Of a stretch of DNA of 64,000 nt, positions 1 through 12,048 are shown one piece after another. How positions within the stretch are numbered: the first letter of the stretch is position 1; the number at the start of each line of letters is the position of its first letter. The DNA lies in assembly GCF_964188315.1 (NCBI RefSeq), contig NC_135656.1, positions 80,228,001-80,292,000 of the forward strand, given 5' to 3'. Made by a program: the position numbers and the translations under genes. Source of the stretch: Podarcis muralis. Taxonomy: Eukaryota. The notes under the pieces are model-generated. The model searched no databases, had not been told where the DNA came from, and saw only the letters and a program-made list of their open reading frames with translations.

Positions 1-3000
1 TGGCTCTCTCCCACGTCGCTGGGGGGAGTTCTATGGCCCACTTGTTGTGCCCTTGTGGACAAAGACTCCCCTCAAGACCCCTTTAACAGGGTACCCTGGT
101 GTCGCTGCCGCAAAAGGGATGTCGCCACTTTACCCTCTTTCAGTTGTTAAGACTAAAGGATTCCGCCCAATGCCTAAAATCGCCAAAGTTGTGACAATTG
201 CTATGGGGTAGACAAAACCTGTAGAGCAGGGGAAATTCTTTCCCAGCTGTGAGAAAACAGCAGCCATTGTACAACCATATCAACGCCAGAGAACCCAAAA
301 GGAGAACAGTTAGCCTGTAAGAAAAAACAAGATTAGAGGTCAGCTCTGGCCCCTTTTTATACTTCTGGAGCGGACCAGAGTGAAGCCTGCTCCAACTCAG
401 TCTGCTGCTCTTGCCCCACCCCCAGTCTGGCGCGGATAGGCCGGAATTTGAATCTGGGTTTGGTGGGAACCCATCAGGCACTGCGGCAGCCAGGAGGGCA
501 GAGCAACTGCCCGCGGAACAGCATGGCTTCAGGAGGATGGTGAAGCCGCACACCGAGTCACTAACACCACCCACAACCAATATAAAGTAATTTTGAGCTC
601 CATCTGGGAGAATAAGGTTTTTGCCGCCTTCTACATGACTTGGTGAACTTTAGGATCAAACAGAACACGCTCCTTTCAAGGCAAATCAGCACGATGATTA
701 GAACTAATATCAGTTTTAAAATACACGTGCATTTAAATTCTTGCTGTTGTTACTTCTCTTACAAAGGGACTCGTTATAAGGCTGTTCACTGTTTGTTCCG
801 AACTCCTCTTATACTGTGAGCTACCCTGAACACAGCTACAGAGAAAGCATCTAGTAAGAGTTAGGCTATGAAAAAGGAGAACTATCCTGCGAGCACAATA
901 GAGCACCCATGAAGATGCTACACCTGAAGTCACATGTGCACTTTCATTTCCCCCAGCTTTTCTGCCTTAATGGTGCACCAAGGCATCTGCCATACCTATG
1001 GTGTGTCAATTCAGACAATCGTGGAATTACATCTAGTACAAGCAAACTCACTTCATATCATGTTCCCGGTTGTAATTTTCAGTTCCATTACAAATCATGG
1101 TTTCTCAGGTCTGATGTCACATTGAACCAACGTTAAGGTTGAACTATGGTGCAATTGTTTTAATTCATTCAAATTCAAAATGGGTCCATCACTTTTCTTT
1201 TGTTGCAACTTTGTGGCCCAACACAAGGTGGAAGGGTTTACATTTAATATATATATGTATGTATTATGATCCCTAGTCCTTCAGATGGACCTCAGAACAG
1301 AATGTGTGGTTGTCAGAATTTAGCATTACATTTAAATGAGATTCAGTGCAGGAATGCCTCCAACGATGGCATTTTCATGCACCTTACAAAATTCAGTGAG
1401 ATCACTACAGAAAAAAGGAATTTAAAACGTGGGCAGATGTTTCAACCTTACAGAAAACTTTTGCTTCTAAAAATTAAATTTTAAAATGTAACAACGTGAA
1501 CCGTAAATAATATGGCACATACAATCAACAGAAAATAAAAAAATACAATCCTCAGCTGAAACAAATTAAATATATTGTAAAGAGATTTTAGAAAATCAGT
1601 GTTTGTCAATGGAACATTAAATAAACCTGTTTGATGTGGGGAAATAGCTTGATTTTCACATCAAAAGACAATGAATTTTTCCCATCGCAGAGTACAAGCA
1701 AAACTAGACTAACTCTGGAATCTGCAGACAGAGCCTAAAATAACCTCTATTCTAAAGCCTGAATAAACTGCCCATATGAGACTTCAGGCATTTGAAAAAT
1801 AATCCCACTTTGGCGAACTTGAAATTTTGCCGATAATTAGTTACGACCGTTGGGTACAAAAGAAAGAATTTGGCCGAAAGCATAAATTGTTTTTCTTCCA
1901 ACTGTGTGTCAAGAGAGCATTCCTGAGTTCCCTTTCTGTCATATCATACGCATGAAGAACCTTATATCCCAATTAATCTGTGTCAAAAATACACTGTCAA
2001 TATTATACTCTCACGCTATCTGGACACTCTGATTTTAGCTGCCCACTTTAGCTGCACATGATTAAAGCAGACAGCATTATGGTAGAAGGGCTGATTCTGC
2101 ACGCTATCCACACTGAGCCAAACATTTGGACACACACACTACATGCATAAACAAACTGTATGAGTATAATCAGAAAAGCCCCTATACAGTATTTAAGAGC
2201 AATTAACTCCGTTCTCTTTCTAAAAAATAAGCTTTTGAACCAATCTATATGATGTAAAAAGGGTTGTTATGCAATGAGCTCTTTATCAAAACATATAAAA
2301 CACAAAAATATTTCATCAACACAAACATCCAGTGTTCAATGTTTTATCATTCTTATTCATTTTTCACAGCCACAGGTGAGGTAATAATTTTCACACGAAA
2401 GTGTATTTGCAGATAACTGCTGCATATATAGTTCTGATCTGTATCTTCCAGGGACAATTATTACATCCAACACAATCCTAACATTGGTCTATTCAAAAGT
2501 TGCCCCATTGAGTTTAATGGGACTTACTCCCAGATAAATGTGTATAGGGCTGCAGGGAACAGATGAAAATGGGTTTGTTCAGCTCCTTGGAACTTACACA
2601 AATCCCAAATTCAATCCAGCTACAGATGAAGCAAATAAGCTATCTAATTCTATTTGCACCTTCGTTATACCTGCAGCCTTCTAAAGTGATTTGTAATGGC
2701 TACATCTTCTATCCAAAGAAAATCCTCCATTAAATTGTATGGCTGTTGAAAGCTTTAGGTTGCCAAACCAGGTTTGCTTATTACATGAGTTGTGAAACAT
2801 AACTGACACCTAAAGATTGCTTTAAACCTGCATTTCAAAACCTAGTGGAAGCTCTGAACCCATTTTGCAACTCAAAATTCAGGGTTTCCCAGTAAGAACA
2901 AAGATCTTCAGCTCTATATTTTATTTATCATTACTGCTTTTTAAGAAAAGGGGAAAAACAGGTAGTATGCAAATAGGTATGTTTAAGATATCACTAGCCC

Positions 3001-3749
3001 ATTTGGGCAAAGCTGTGAAATTAATTATTGCTCCAAGAGAAACACCCTATTGAACTCAAATACAATGTTTAGGTAACAGTGTACGCACATTGTGGCTTGA
3101 TGACCGATGCATAAGTCAATGGATTTCAACAGTCAGATCTCTGCAGAAATCCCCTGAACTGCACACACATGCAACAGTAAGAGGCAAGATTTGGACCAAA
3201 TTTCATCCAGAGGCACAGAAGTCCACACAAACAGGGGGTAGTGTCAAGGCTGTTTGACACATTAGTAGCCTTGCTCTAGAATCATTTGTAGCAGGACCAG
3301 GGAAGGAAAGCACAGCTATCTTCTTGGGCTGCACAGTACTAAAGAGACACTTAAGTAGGGGCTACCTTCTGCTAACTAGGATTATTAAGAGTGAAGGGAC
3401 GAGACGAGAACTTATCCATCTTATGGGGTGAAATGCCAATAAAGGTACGATCTGCTTAAGGAGACAGCAAGTGCATTTTCCTACCTTCAGGCAGTTGGAT
3501 AATGCTTTGATATGTTGTGGGTGCGAGCAAAAAATAGATGTTAAGAGAGTTGACCCCACCTTGCTCAGAAAATGGTAAGGGTCTGTTCTTAGGAGGATAG
3601 CCAGTACCCAAGTAAGATCTACCCTGGGATAAAGGTGTCATGGGACATTTACAGAAGGCACCAACAGAGCAACTTTCCACCCCAATCCCACACTGTGGGT
3701 GGGAAACCTGGGGCAAGATCAAAGGCGGGCAGCCAGCGCTGAATATGTC

Positions 3750-4870
3750 AGGCAGACTGCCGCCATCCCTCCGTGAGTTCATTTCAGCCAGCGCTCAGCT
3801 CTGGAGAAACAGGTCTGCACTCCGGAAGCGGCGTGTATGACAGGGGAAAGGCATGCAAACGGTGCTCGGGTCAACCTTTAGCATCTCCACTGTAGGGCTG
3901 GGAGAACCTCTCTGCCTGGAAACCCCGAGTGCCGACTGCCAGTCCGAGTCGCGCAACACTAAGCTACGACCAAAGGTGAGGCAGTTTTCCTTCGTCGTGC
4001 TAAGCAAGACAGGCTGCCTTGATCCCTCATCTGCGAGATCCGGGGCCTTCCAAGAGAGAAGGCGTGACTGGCCGCCGGCAGGCGTGTGAGCCCCGGCACT
4101 TCTGCCTGAGTCGAGCCCGGCTCCCTGCCTCCCTCCCTCCCTCTCCGCCTTGGCTCACCCGGAGCCAGCCGCGGTGGTGGCCTTGATGGAGTTGATGCGC
4201 AGCCGATTGGCCGTGTCCTTCAGGGCCTGCAGCGTCTGCTGGTCGGGCTTGTGATAATCCTCCATGGCGAAGCAGGAACGTGGCCGGCGGCGGGCTCGGG
4301 TTGCAGGCGGCGGCGGCGGCGGCAGGAGCTGGAGCGTGTGGCGCTGGACAGGCCCGGGCTCGGCGACTGAGGCAGGAGAGGCGGAGCTGCTCGGCCGGGC
4401 GAGGAGGGGCCAGGCGCCGGGGCCACCTCTGCCAGCGGCGCGCGGGCGGAGTCCTGCCTGCCTGCCTGGCCGAAAAGCCCCCGCCTACCCAGCAGCGCGC
4501 TGCCTGCGGACTGAGCTCTCCCGCCCGCCTGCGAAGGCCAGCCGCTCCCCTCCCGAGGAAGAGAGGCGCGGCTGAGGCGCAGAAAGGAGCCGCGTCCTCT
4601 TCCCTCTCGCTCCGCGCGCAACGGGAGCAGGGCGCGGCCGAGCGCCATTTGCGCAGCGGCGAAGTGGAAAAGCCCAGGGTGCAACTCAGCCCGCGTAGGG
4701 CGCAGGGCTTGCTTTCTATCCGGCCCTCCAGGTGCTGTTGGACTCCGGCTCCCATCACCCGCAGCCAGCACGGCCAGTGGTGAGGGATGCTGGGAATGGG
4801 AGTCCAAGAACACCTGGAGGGCCCGCAGGTTTCCCCCAGCCCCGCGTTGTAATGGCATTCTGTGCTTGCG
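3750..4870 (-). promoter_or_regulatory. TKT: CpG island / TKT promoter and 5'UTR
   Basis: Very GC- and CpG-rich block spanning the TKT start codon. It includes a YY1-like gccattt (~4644) and TGCACTC (MRE core) abutting CCGGAAG (ETS) at 3816-3828. Boundaries are approximate. Confidence 0.85.
4159..4265 (-). CDS. TKT: Transketolase, coding exon 1 (rest of gene lies beyond the window start)
   Basis: Minus strand reads gccATGG (Kozak) then [36 protein letters not shown], matching the vertebrate TKT N-terminus. The exon is 107 nt and ends at a GG|gtgag donor (4158). It lies next to DCP1A, as in human. Confidence 0.97.
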
Positions 4871-5379
4871 ATGTTGCTTGGCTTTAAAGCGGAGCAAACT
4901 GGTCGGTTTTGGGGGGGGGGGGGGACGCTCAAAAATTGAGAGACACTCTGTGCTATTTTTCTTGAAAAAGAGGCGCTGGAAGTCACCAGGAACGCCTCCC
5001 AAGTTCTTTTAGAATGGCAATGAGGCCCACCTGAGACGAGTTCCGAGTGAAAAAAGCGCTGGGAATAATGTTCTGCACCCCCTCCATTGAAGACTTTAGG
5101 TGTAAAATGAACCATATTTCTTAAATAGATTAGCCTCCACTGTGCCTCAGTTTTCCCAATGGAAACACTGGGTGAGCGCCTGGAAACCCCTGGAATCCTG
5201 CTTGAGGGTTCCAAAGCTGGGAGAAGTCGCTGAGAAGGCCCTCTCTTGTGTCCCTACCAAGCGTGCCTGTGAGGGTGGCAGGACTGAGAAAAGGGCCTCC
5301 TCTGAAGATCTCAGAACATGGGCAGGTTCATAAGAAGGAATATGGTCTTTCAGATAGCTTGGACCCAGAGAGCATTATA

Positions 5380-5715
5380 ACTAGCACTTTGACTTATGCC
5401 ATGAAACAGACCAGTGGAGCTGTTAATGCTGCCTATAACCAGACCCGGTCAACAATCTGGCTGCAGCTCTTTGGACCAGTTGACGTTTCTGAGCACTTTT
5501 CAAAGGCAGCCCCATGTAAAGCGTGTTATAGTGATCCAAATGGGATGTAACCAAGGTGCATGTGTCACTGTGGCCAAATACATCTCAAGGAACGAATGCA
5601 GCTGGAGCACTAGCCTTAACTGTGCAAATGCACTCCTAGCCACTGTAGAGACGTGGGCATCCACGCTCAAGGCTGAGTCCAGGAGTATCACGTAGGGGTT
5701 GTTCAGGGGCCCCGT
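5380..5715 (-). mobile_element. L2 LINE ORF2 fragment (degenerate)
   Basis: Minus translation LLDSALSVDAHVSTVARSAFAQLRLV...LATVTHA, followed by frameshifted remnants of the typical L2 ORF2 C-terminal region. Confidence 0.8.
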
Positions 5716-6024
5716 GCACATAAGTGGAATTGCATAAAGTGGAGAGCACCCTCTATATGCCTATTTCCCCCTGCTCTTCAGCTCTATCTTCTGCTCTCTC
5801 TCCACTCCAGACCAAAATAAGAGTTTGGAGTTGAAGCTCTGGGGCTGGCTGGATGCCGCGTGGAAAAGCGCCAGCTGCTGTGCTACCCCGTGCATCAGCT
5901 TGTTCGGTGGGGAGGCTAAGTGGCCTAAACAAAGCCTCACTGAGCCTCTGGTCTCTTTGGGACTTCCTCTGCCCTCACTGACATCCTCTTTAGGCTCCAG
6001 GGAGGGTATGGTTCTATTTACTTA

Positions 6025-6372
6025 CCGTATTGGCCTGAATATAACCCTCTTTCCCCCCAAATTCTGACCATGAAAAGTTAAAGTGTGGCTTATATTCCTG
6101 ACCTTACGGTATGCAGCCAGGAGCGCAGGGCAAACGGCGCCAAGAGTGCGGTAAAGCAGTGCCCGCCTCACCCGTAGTCCCCGTCCTCTCCCCCCAAGGT
6201 CAGGAAGGGAGAGTGAGGAAGGGGAAAGGCTGCCAGCAATGCAGCACAGCTCCCCCCCCCCCCCCCAGTATGCAGCCAGGAGCAGCAAGGAATGGAGCAG
6301 CTTATATTTGGGCATTTTTCCTTCCCGCCCCCTCCAATTTTAAAGGTGTGGCTTATATTCAGGCCAATATGG
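6025..6372. mobile_element. Tc1/mariner-pogo (Tigger-like) MITE
   Basis: TA-flanked terminal inverted repeats ccgtattggcctgaatata / tatattcaggccaatatgg. A second internal TIR-like end lies at 6084-6111. Confidence 0.75.
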
Positions 6373-6695
6373 TATTTCTCAGCGCTGTGCATATGTGCGG
6401 TCATGTACAAGTATAACACACGTAAGTAGGGGGATGCTTGTATTCAGGTTACATCTTCATCAACTTGAATGAAACAGTTAATTTCAGAAGACATCCTGGC
6501 TTTTTAAAGATGCTAAGCCTGTCAGGTGAATGTCTTATACCATCTCCAATGATGTTTTCTCCTTAGCTTCTTCCCCCAATTTCATAATTGTATATTCCCT
6601 GGATAAATGTGGCATCAGATATTAGTATAGCATATGTTAAAGATTTATATTAAAGTGTTAAAGCAAACGAAAAGGAACACAGATGCAAGAATCTA

Positions 6696-6808
6696 GGGTT
6701 GCATTCAATGTTAGTCCACATACAGTACCTCCATTGAAGTTAATGGGCACGACTAACTCAGATCCATTAATTTCAATGGGTCTACTCAATGTTAGTTGGC
6801 TACAATCC
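6696..6808. repeat. Short palindromic squamate MITE-like repeat
   Basis: Imperfect inverted ends gggttgcattcaa / ttggctacaatccc with an internal ccattga/tcaatggg palindrome. Similar short palindromic elements occur at 2468-2555, 29398-29470 and 36007-36094. Confidence 0.5.
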
Positions 6809-6982
6809 CAAGAGTCACATTTTTGTGTTAATGTACAGCTACGTCTGGTTTTTGAAGACGGTACCCAATTATCAAACCTTCATAAAAGCTTTCAACAGCT
6901 CTCCTAAGCTGGATTCCCTTTTCAAAAGGTGAACTGCCACCAAGAAGATATCAGGACAGACCAGAACATTTGTCTTTGAAGT

Positions 6983-6988
6983 TTTATT
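6983..6988 (-). terminator. DCP1A: Probable main DCP1A polyadenylation signal
   Basis: Minus strand reads tgtAATAAAacttcaaagaca|aatgttctggtctgt: upstream UGUA, AATAAA, a CA cleavage site near 6971, and a downstream GU-rich element. Confidence 0.6.
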
Positions 6989-9343
6989 ACAAAAATATAT
7001 CTGCAAACATACAAAATTTTCAATGAAAAATGCTTATTCTTAAACATTTATGCAATAACTTAATATTTGCCAGTATAATAAGATGGCACAAATTACATAC
7101 CCATATACTGAAATGTTAATGAAGCATTATGGTGACAGTTTTAAAAGTTGCTCAAATGGTAATGGGCACAATCCAGGCCACCACAGGTGCAGCGCCAATA
7201 TGTAGAGGATTCCAACAAGTTCAATATATATCAGCTCCCAATACCCCCACCTTATATATGTGCGTAGAAGGATGAATAACTTCAACCAAGCAGTCAAGGA
7301 CTACAAATATGAATGAGACGGGCGTACAAAAGTTCCGTTCCTCTTCCTATCGGTCTCTTGTACTTCCTATGTGCCCACCAAAAATGGGGAAACAGGGCTC
7401 TATTGATCCTCTGGGAATCATTCAGGTGTGAATGCTGTGCCTGTGGAACAGGACCGTGCCCATTTTTTTCCTATAGTAATCACTTAAAATCCAAAAGATC
7501 GGAAGCACCTCAAACTCTTGATATGCATGCGAGTGCAAATTAAAGCGCTAAACCCAAACACTGAGTGTAGTGTGCATTTTTAACAGAGAACCACCATGTG
7601 CCCACAATGTTAAATTGGTACAAAAACAAACCACAGGGGGAATATTATTGCAAATGTTTCCCACTTAAAGTGAAGATATTGCACCTTTAACATGTTCACG
7701 AAAGATGTCCAAAACTGAGGTGAAATATATATTGCACACATTCCTCTTTTTAAAGATATGCTCAAGAAGCAACTCATGTAAGCCAACAAGAGGTGGCTGG
7801 GTTTTTGTGTCAGACCACTCCACATTAAATATATTTCCTGGAAAGTTCCACACTAATTATACCCGTGCCTAAACATGGCATTGGTGGAATGCCCTAAATC
7901 CAAGCAAAAGAGAACTACCGGGGGGGGGGGGATACCATTTAGTATGCCTAAAACATGATTATACTCTCTGGCTTAGATCCAAAGTTCCAGAGAGTGAAAT
8001 GTCACTCTCAGAAGATGGAAATGTGGAAGCGGTTTCCACCAACTCTTCCTTTCTACCAAAACTACTCTGGAGGGCTGAGGAACCTTCCAGAAAACTGAAG
8101 CAGCATGGGGGGCAGGCAATGAGGAAGTGGGGATCTGCAAGATCACCTTCCCCCTTTCCTTCAGCAACATTTGTCTCTTCCACAGAATGAGCTTTTCTGT
8201 TCATTGAAGAAACGTTGAATCCAACCCCATGTCAGAATAAGACATGCTTTTACTTGTCATACTGTCATATTGTGCCTTAGCTCTTAGGAGACTGTTTACA
8301 TTTTGCCGGGTGTGTCACAAATACAGAGTTGCTAGGCACATTTTTAACAAAACATTGTTAATGCAACAGAACAAAACAGCAATGAGTTCTTATTGAGTAA
8401 GCTGCTTGTTTTAAAGCCACTTTTGGATGGACAAATATTAAGCAATTTTTAATAAAATGCTGCATATAGGCAACGAAAAAATACATGCTTAAGATACTGA
8501 ATATTGATTTCAGGACAGTCTAAAATCATACATTTGCTTGTGGGAAATAATACCTTGCTAAAATATAAGCTTGAAAAGAATGGCCCAAGTCGGTTAGCTA
8601 TGTACTTGTTACTGTTGCATGCAGGTAAGAATAAAATGTTTCATTATAACTCTAAACTTCTACAAGAGATTAAAAGACCAAATTGCACTGAGAACAGACC
8701 TATTGTAATCATTCAACTTAACTTAATTCCATCAATTTCAATAGGTTTACTCTGAGTATGATTACTGTTGGATATGACCATATGTAATCAGGCTAAAGCT
8801 GTCCAGTAATTTCTGCATTTTGTAAGCATCTGTGATTTTTACCTTGCAGCAGAGTTTTGTTTTTCAAAGCAATTCTTAAAATGTTTTGTTTTGTTTCATT
8901 TGTTAACTTCTCATGCTACAATAAGCAATAAAAGCAGAATGCTGCTTTGTATTGCCTAGCTTGTCTGTGACCTCCCAGCTTGAGCCTGCTACATACACAA
9001 ATGTTGTTAACGACGTGTGTAAGATCCTAGGTTAATGCAAATCTACTGACAAAAAAAAAAAAAAAAGATTTAACTTTCTTCTAGCTAAGGGAATTCTCTT
9101 TGGAAGCAGAGAACTATTTATTGATGCTGCACATACTTCTATCAGTTGAGAACTCTGACCTGCCAAGCTACCAGATGAGGTTTCTAGGGAATTATAATGC
9201 AAAATAGTAAACAGGAGGACGAAGTGTACTGGGACAAATATTCTTTGAAACAGTGATGCTGTCTGAAGCAAAACTCTCTCTCACTAACCCCTTGAAGTCA
9301 CAAAACCGTAATGGTACATTCAATATAAGGGAACCCTTTATAG

Positions 9344-9459
9344 CAGGGGTAGCCAACGTGTCCCCCAGATGTTGGATTACTATTCCCCTCAGCCCTACCC
9401 AGTATGGTCAGTGGTCAGGGAGCTGCAGTTCAACATCTGGAGAGAACCACACTGGCTAC
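9344..9459. mobile_element. Degenerate hAT-type palindromic MITE in the putative DCP1A 3'UTR
   Basis: Starts caggggtagccaacgtg...ccagatgttgga and ends ttcaacatctgga...actggctac; same architecture as the 34125 element. Confidence 0.55.
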
Positions 9460-11570
9460 TTCCATTTCATTTCCACAGATATTTGGATACAATGCTTACT
9501 TTGACCATTGTGACCAAGTTCAGCTCAATATCGTTATTCCTCCAATATTATGCTTATGGCTAAGAAGGTTTTCTTCTTTCCATACACAATAATTAAGGAC
9601 TGTTCTTGAGCCTTTATTATCTACAAACACAGCATTATATAAATTTGGTTCAGGGGGTATGGTTAATACAGCCACTTAAAATAAACTGAAGAGTACTGCA
9701 GTGGCTTGATTCCTGCCCCGCCCCCCGGAAAAAGCTTCATACAGAATAATTCTGTTTAAATAAGCAAGCATGTTTTTCTTGGTGCACATACATGGGTGTG
9801 CTATCAAAGGTCCAGCATTTAAGTAGAGCTCTCATGTTTCCTTAAAAAAAAAAAAAAGGTCTAGAAAGCCTGAAAAGAAGCATTTGAGTTTTACCATTAA
9901 AGCCAAAACATTAGTCGAATATGCATATCACTACTAACATATTTCCCTGAATTCTGCACATATATCTGATATAAAATACTATGTTCGCAACTAGAAACAC
10001 TGAGTTCAAAGGCCGAAGAGGTTCTCTCAAAAGGCATATTTTGCTAAACATAAAAACATCTACTTAAAATCACTCAAAATGAAGTACATATTTTGATTTT
10101 TTAAAATCCAACACGCTATATATCAAAACACTGATTTGTGGTGGAATCATAATTAAAGCTTGGTAGATGAATTACAGATAGTATCTGCACCTTGAAGGGA
10201 TCATCGTTACATTTAAATTTTAAGAGCAACAGGTACATTCTAATTCAGGACCTTTTCCATTGCAAACTCTACCAAAAGAAGGGGGCCTTTATAAGATCCT
10301 GGCTGTGCTTTTTATCAAGCCCTACTCATTTCAGTGGCTTGCACAGGAAACTGATTGTAACACATAGATCCTCCATTCCAGCAATGTTCTGACAAATAAG
10401 CAGTGTGTGTTGATCGGTTAAAAGGATTACAAAATTACCTTTCACAATATAAAACAAAGACCTTCTACTAAAAAACAAAAACCACCCCATCCTTTAATAT
10501 TAGTATTGCTTGAACATATTGAGATTTATGTTACACTAGAGTATTGCTAGCTACTATCACATGCCATAATGAAATAAATACAAGTCAAGGAGAGACCGAT
10601 AGCAGCATATAAAACAACAAGGAGATCAGAGCAACTTCCTTTGGGAAGAAGTTTGATCTTTACAGTGGTAATGAAATCTTAACCTTCTATGAGAACTCAC
10701 AAAAACCTGCAAATGGAGGGGAAATATGGGGAGAAGAGCAGACTGCATTTGTTGTTTATGTGCCCATTTTTAAACACCAAAAACGAAATTATACACACTT
10801 CTCTGGGTTCCTTCCCATCTATGCTACAAGCAAACCTCCAAAATTTGCATTAAGCCTGGAAAGGACAATAAGGTGACCACAATGATGTTCCATCCATTTC
10901 TGTTTAAAAATTATTTGCTTGAAAATAGTATCATTAACAAAATATAAGAACACTGCAAGTATTGTTAAAGGGGTATTTCATAATCCACCTTCATTTTGCC
11001 TTAGTAAAACATAGGGATGCATAAGCCAGCACTGCATATTAAGGGAGTCAGTTTGATGGTCAATACCATGCTGAGTCCATCCAGCTCTAAGGCTAAAAAA
11101 CCCCCAGCATTTTTAAAATGCTTTCCACTGTTTCCTTCCAAACCCTAAAAGGATATTCTGAATTCCTTCCACGGCTCTTTAAATCAGAAGTTAGCTTCAC
11201 AACTTGTTATCTTTACTCAACAGCCAAAGATGGCTTAGGCCACATTCACCCTAATTATTTAGATGTATGTACCAGATGAAGAAAAATCAAAACAGTTTTT
11301 CATATTACTCTAAACCCACTCAAAAATAATGTGCTGTTAAACATGAAGACCATTTTCCGTATACAGAAATAAAAGCCTGCTGGTGATTGGTCACAGTGAA
11401 ACCTAGATCACTTCTGAGAACATTAGTTATCCATTTGACAAGGTCTCCTTACTTTAACAAAACTTAAAACTTCAACTAAAAACAACCTTTAAAAATATTA
11501 ACAGTTTCACAGAAGAGGCATAATTGTTTCTGAAACAATTAGGTGGTAAGTTGAACTGTATTTACTTCAG

Positions 11571-11651
11571 TTATAGTTTGATGCTGTCCGTATTCTTGGT
11601 CAAGACTTGTAAATAAACTTCATGAAGTGTACTAAGAAAATTCGCATCGTT
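11571..11651 (-). CDS. DCP1A: DCP1A exon 10 (C-terminal trimerization domain, stop)
   Basis: ttccttcag|NDANFLSTLHEVYLQVLTKNTDSIKL*; 81 nt. Confidence 0.96.
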   Translation of the reverse strand, partial: NDANFLSTLHEVYLQVLTKNTDSIKL

Positions 11652-11806
11652 CTGAAGGAAAGAGAGGGGGAAACCATAATTAAACCAATGACAGAAATAA
11701 TTCATTACTTTTTCCTACCCAATTCATTATTCTACACCTATTAACAAAACCTGTAAGTTTAGGAGTTGGGTAGGAGGCATGAAGGAGGAAGTTTAATAAA
11801 GCTATA

Positions 11807-12048
11807 CAGTGGTACCTCGGGTTACATACGCTTCAGGTCACATATGCTTCAGGTTACAGACTCCGCTAACCCAGAAATAGTACCTTGGGTTAAGAACTTT
11901 GCTTCAGGATGAGAACAGAAATCATGCTCCGGTGGTGCGGTGGCAGCAGGAGGCCCCATTAGCTAAAGTGGTGCTTCAGGTTAAGAACAGTTTCAGGTTA
12001 AGAACGGACCTCCGGAACGAATTAAGTACTTAACCCAAGGTAGCACTG
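11807..12048 (+). mobile_element. Tc1/mariner-pogo MITE family A
   Basis: TA|cagtggtacctcgggtta...taacccaaggtagcactg|TA. Further copies at 20337, 54805 and 58157. Confidence 0.9.

Larger units (their letters stand above)
6971..11570 (-). other. DCP1A: Putative long 3'UTR of DCP1A (~4.6 kb)
   Basis: Lies between the stop codon (11571) and the best poly(A) site. AT-rich and nearly repeat-free. Proximal AATAAA motifs at 9613-9618 and 9117-9122. Confidence 0.55.

Noticed and set aside
1-4158. Search for TKT exon 2 (HPTSCCSAAEIM...)
   Set aside because: Not found; intron 1 extends beyond the window start.
4027-5214. Long overlapping ORFs (395, 260, 167 and 103 aa) at the TKT promoter
   Set aside because: Stop-poor GC-rich CpG island with low-complexity A/R/G/P translations; only 4265-4159 is the recognisable coding exon.
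11807-12048. Recurring ttcaggtta units that could be mistaken for CRISPR repeats
   Set aside because: They are subterminal repeats inside a TA-flanked MITE in a eukaryotic intron; spacing is irregular and there are no cas genes.
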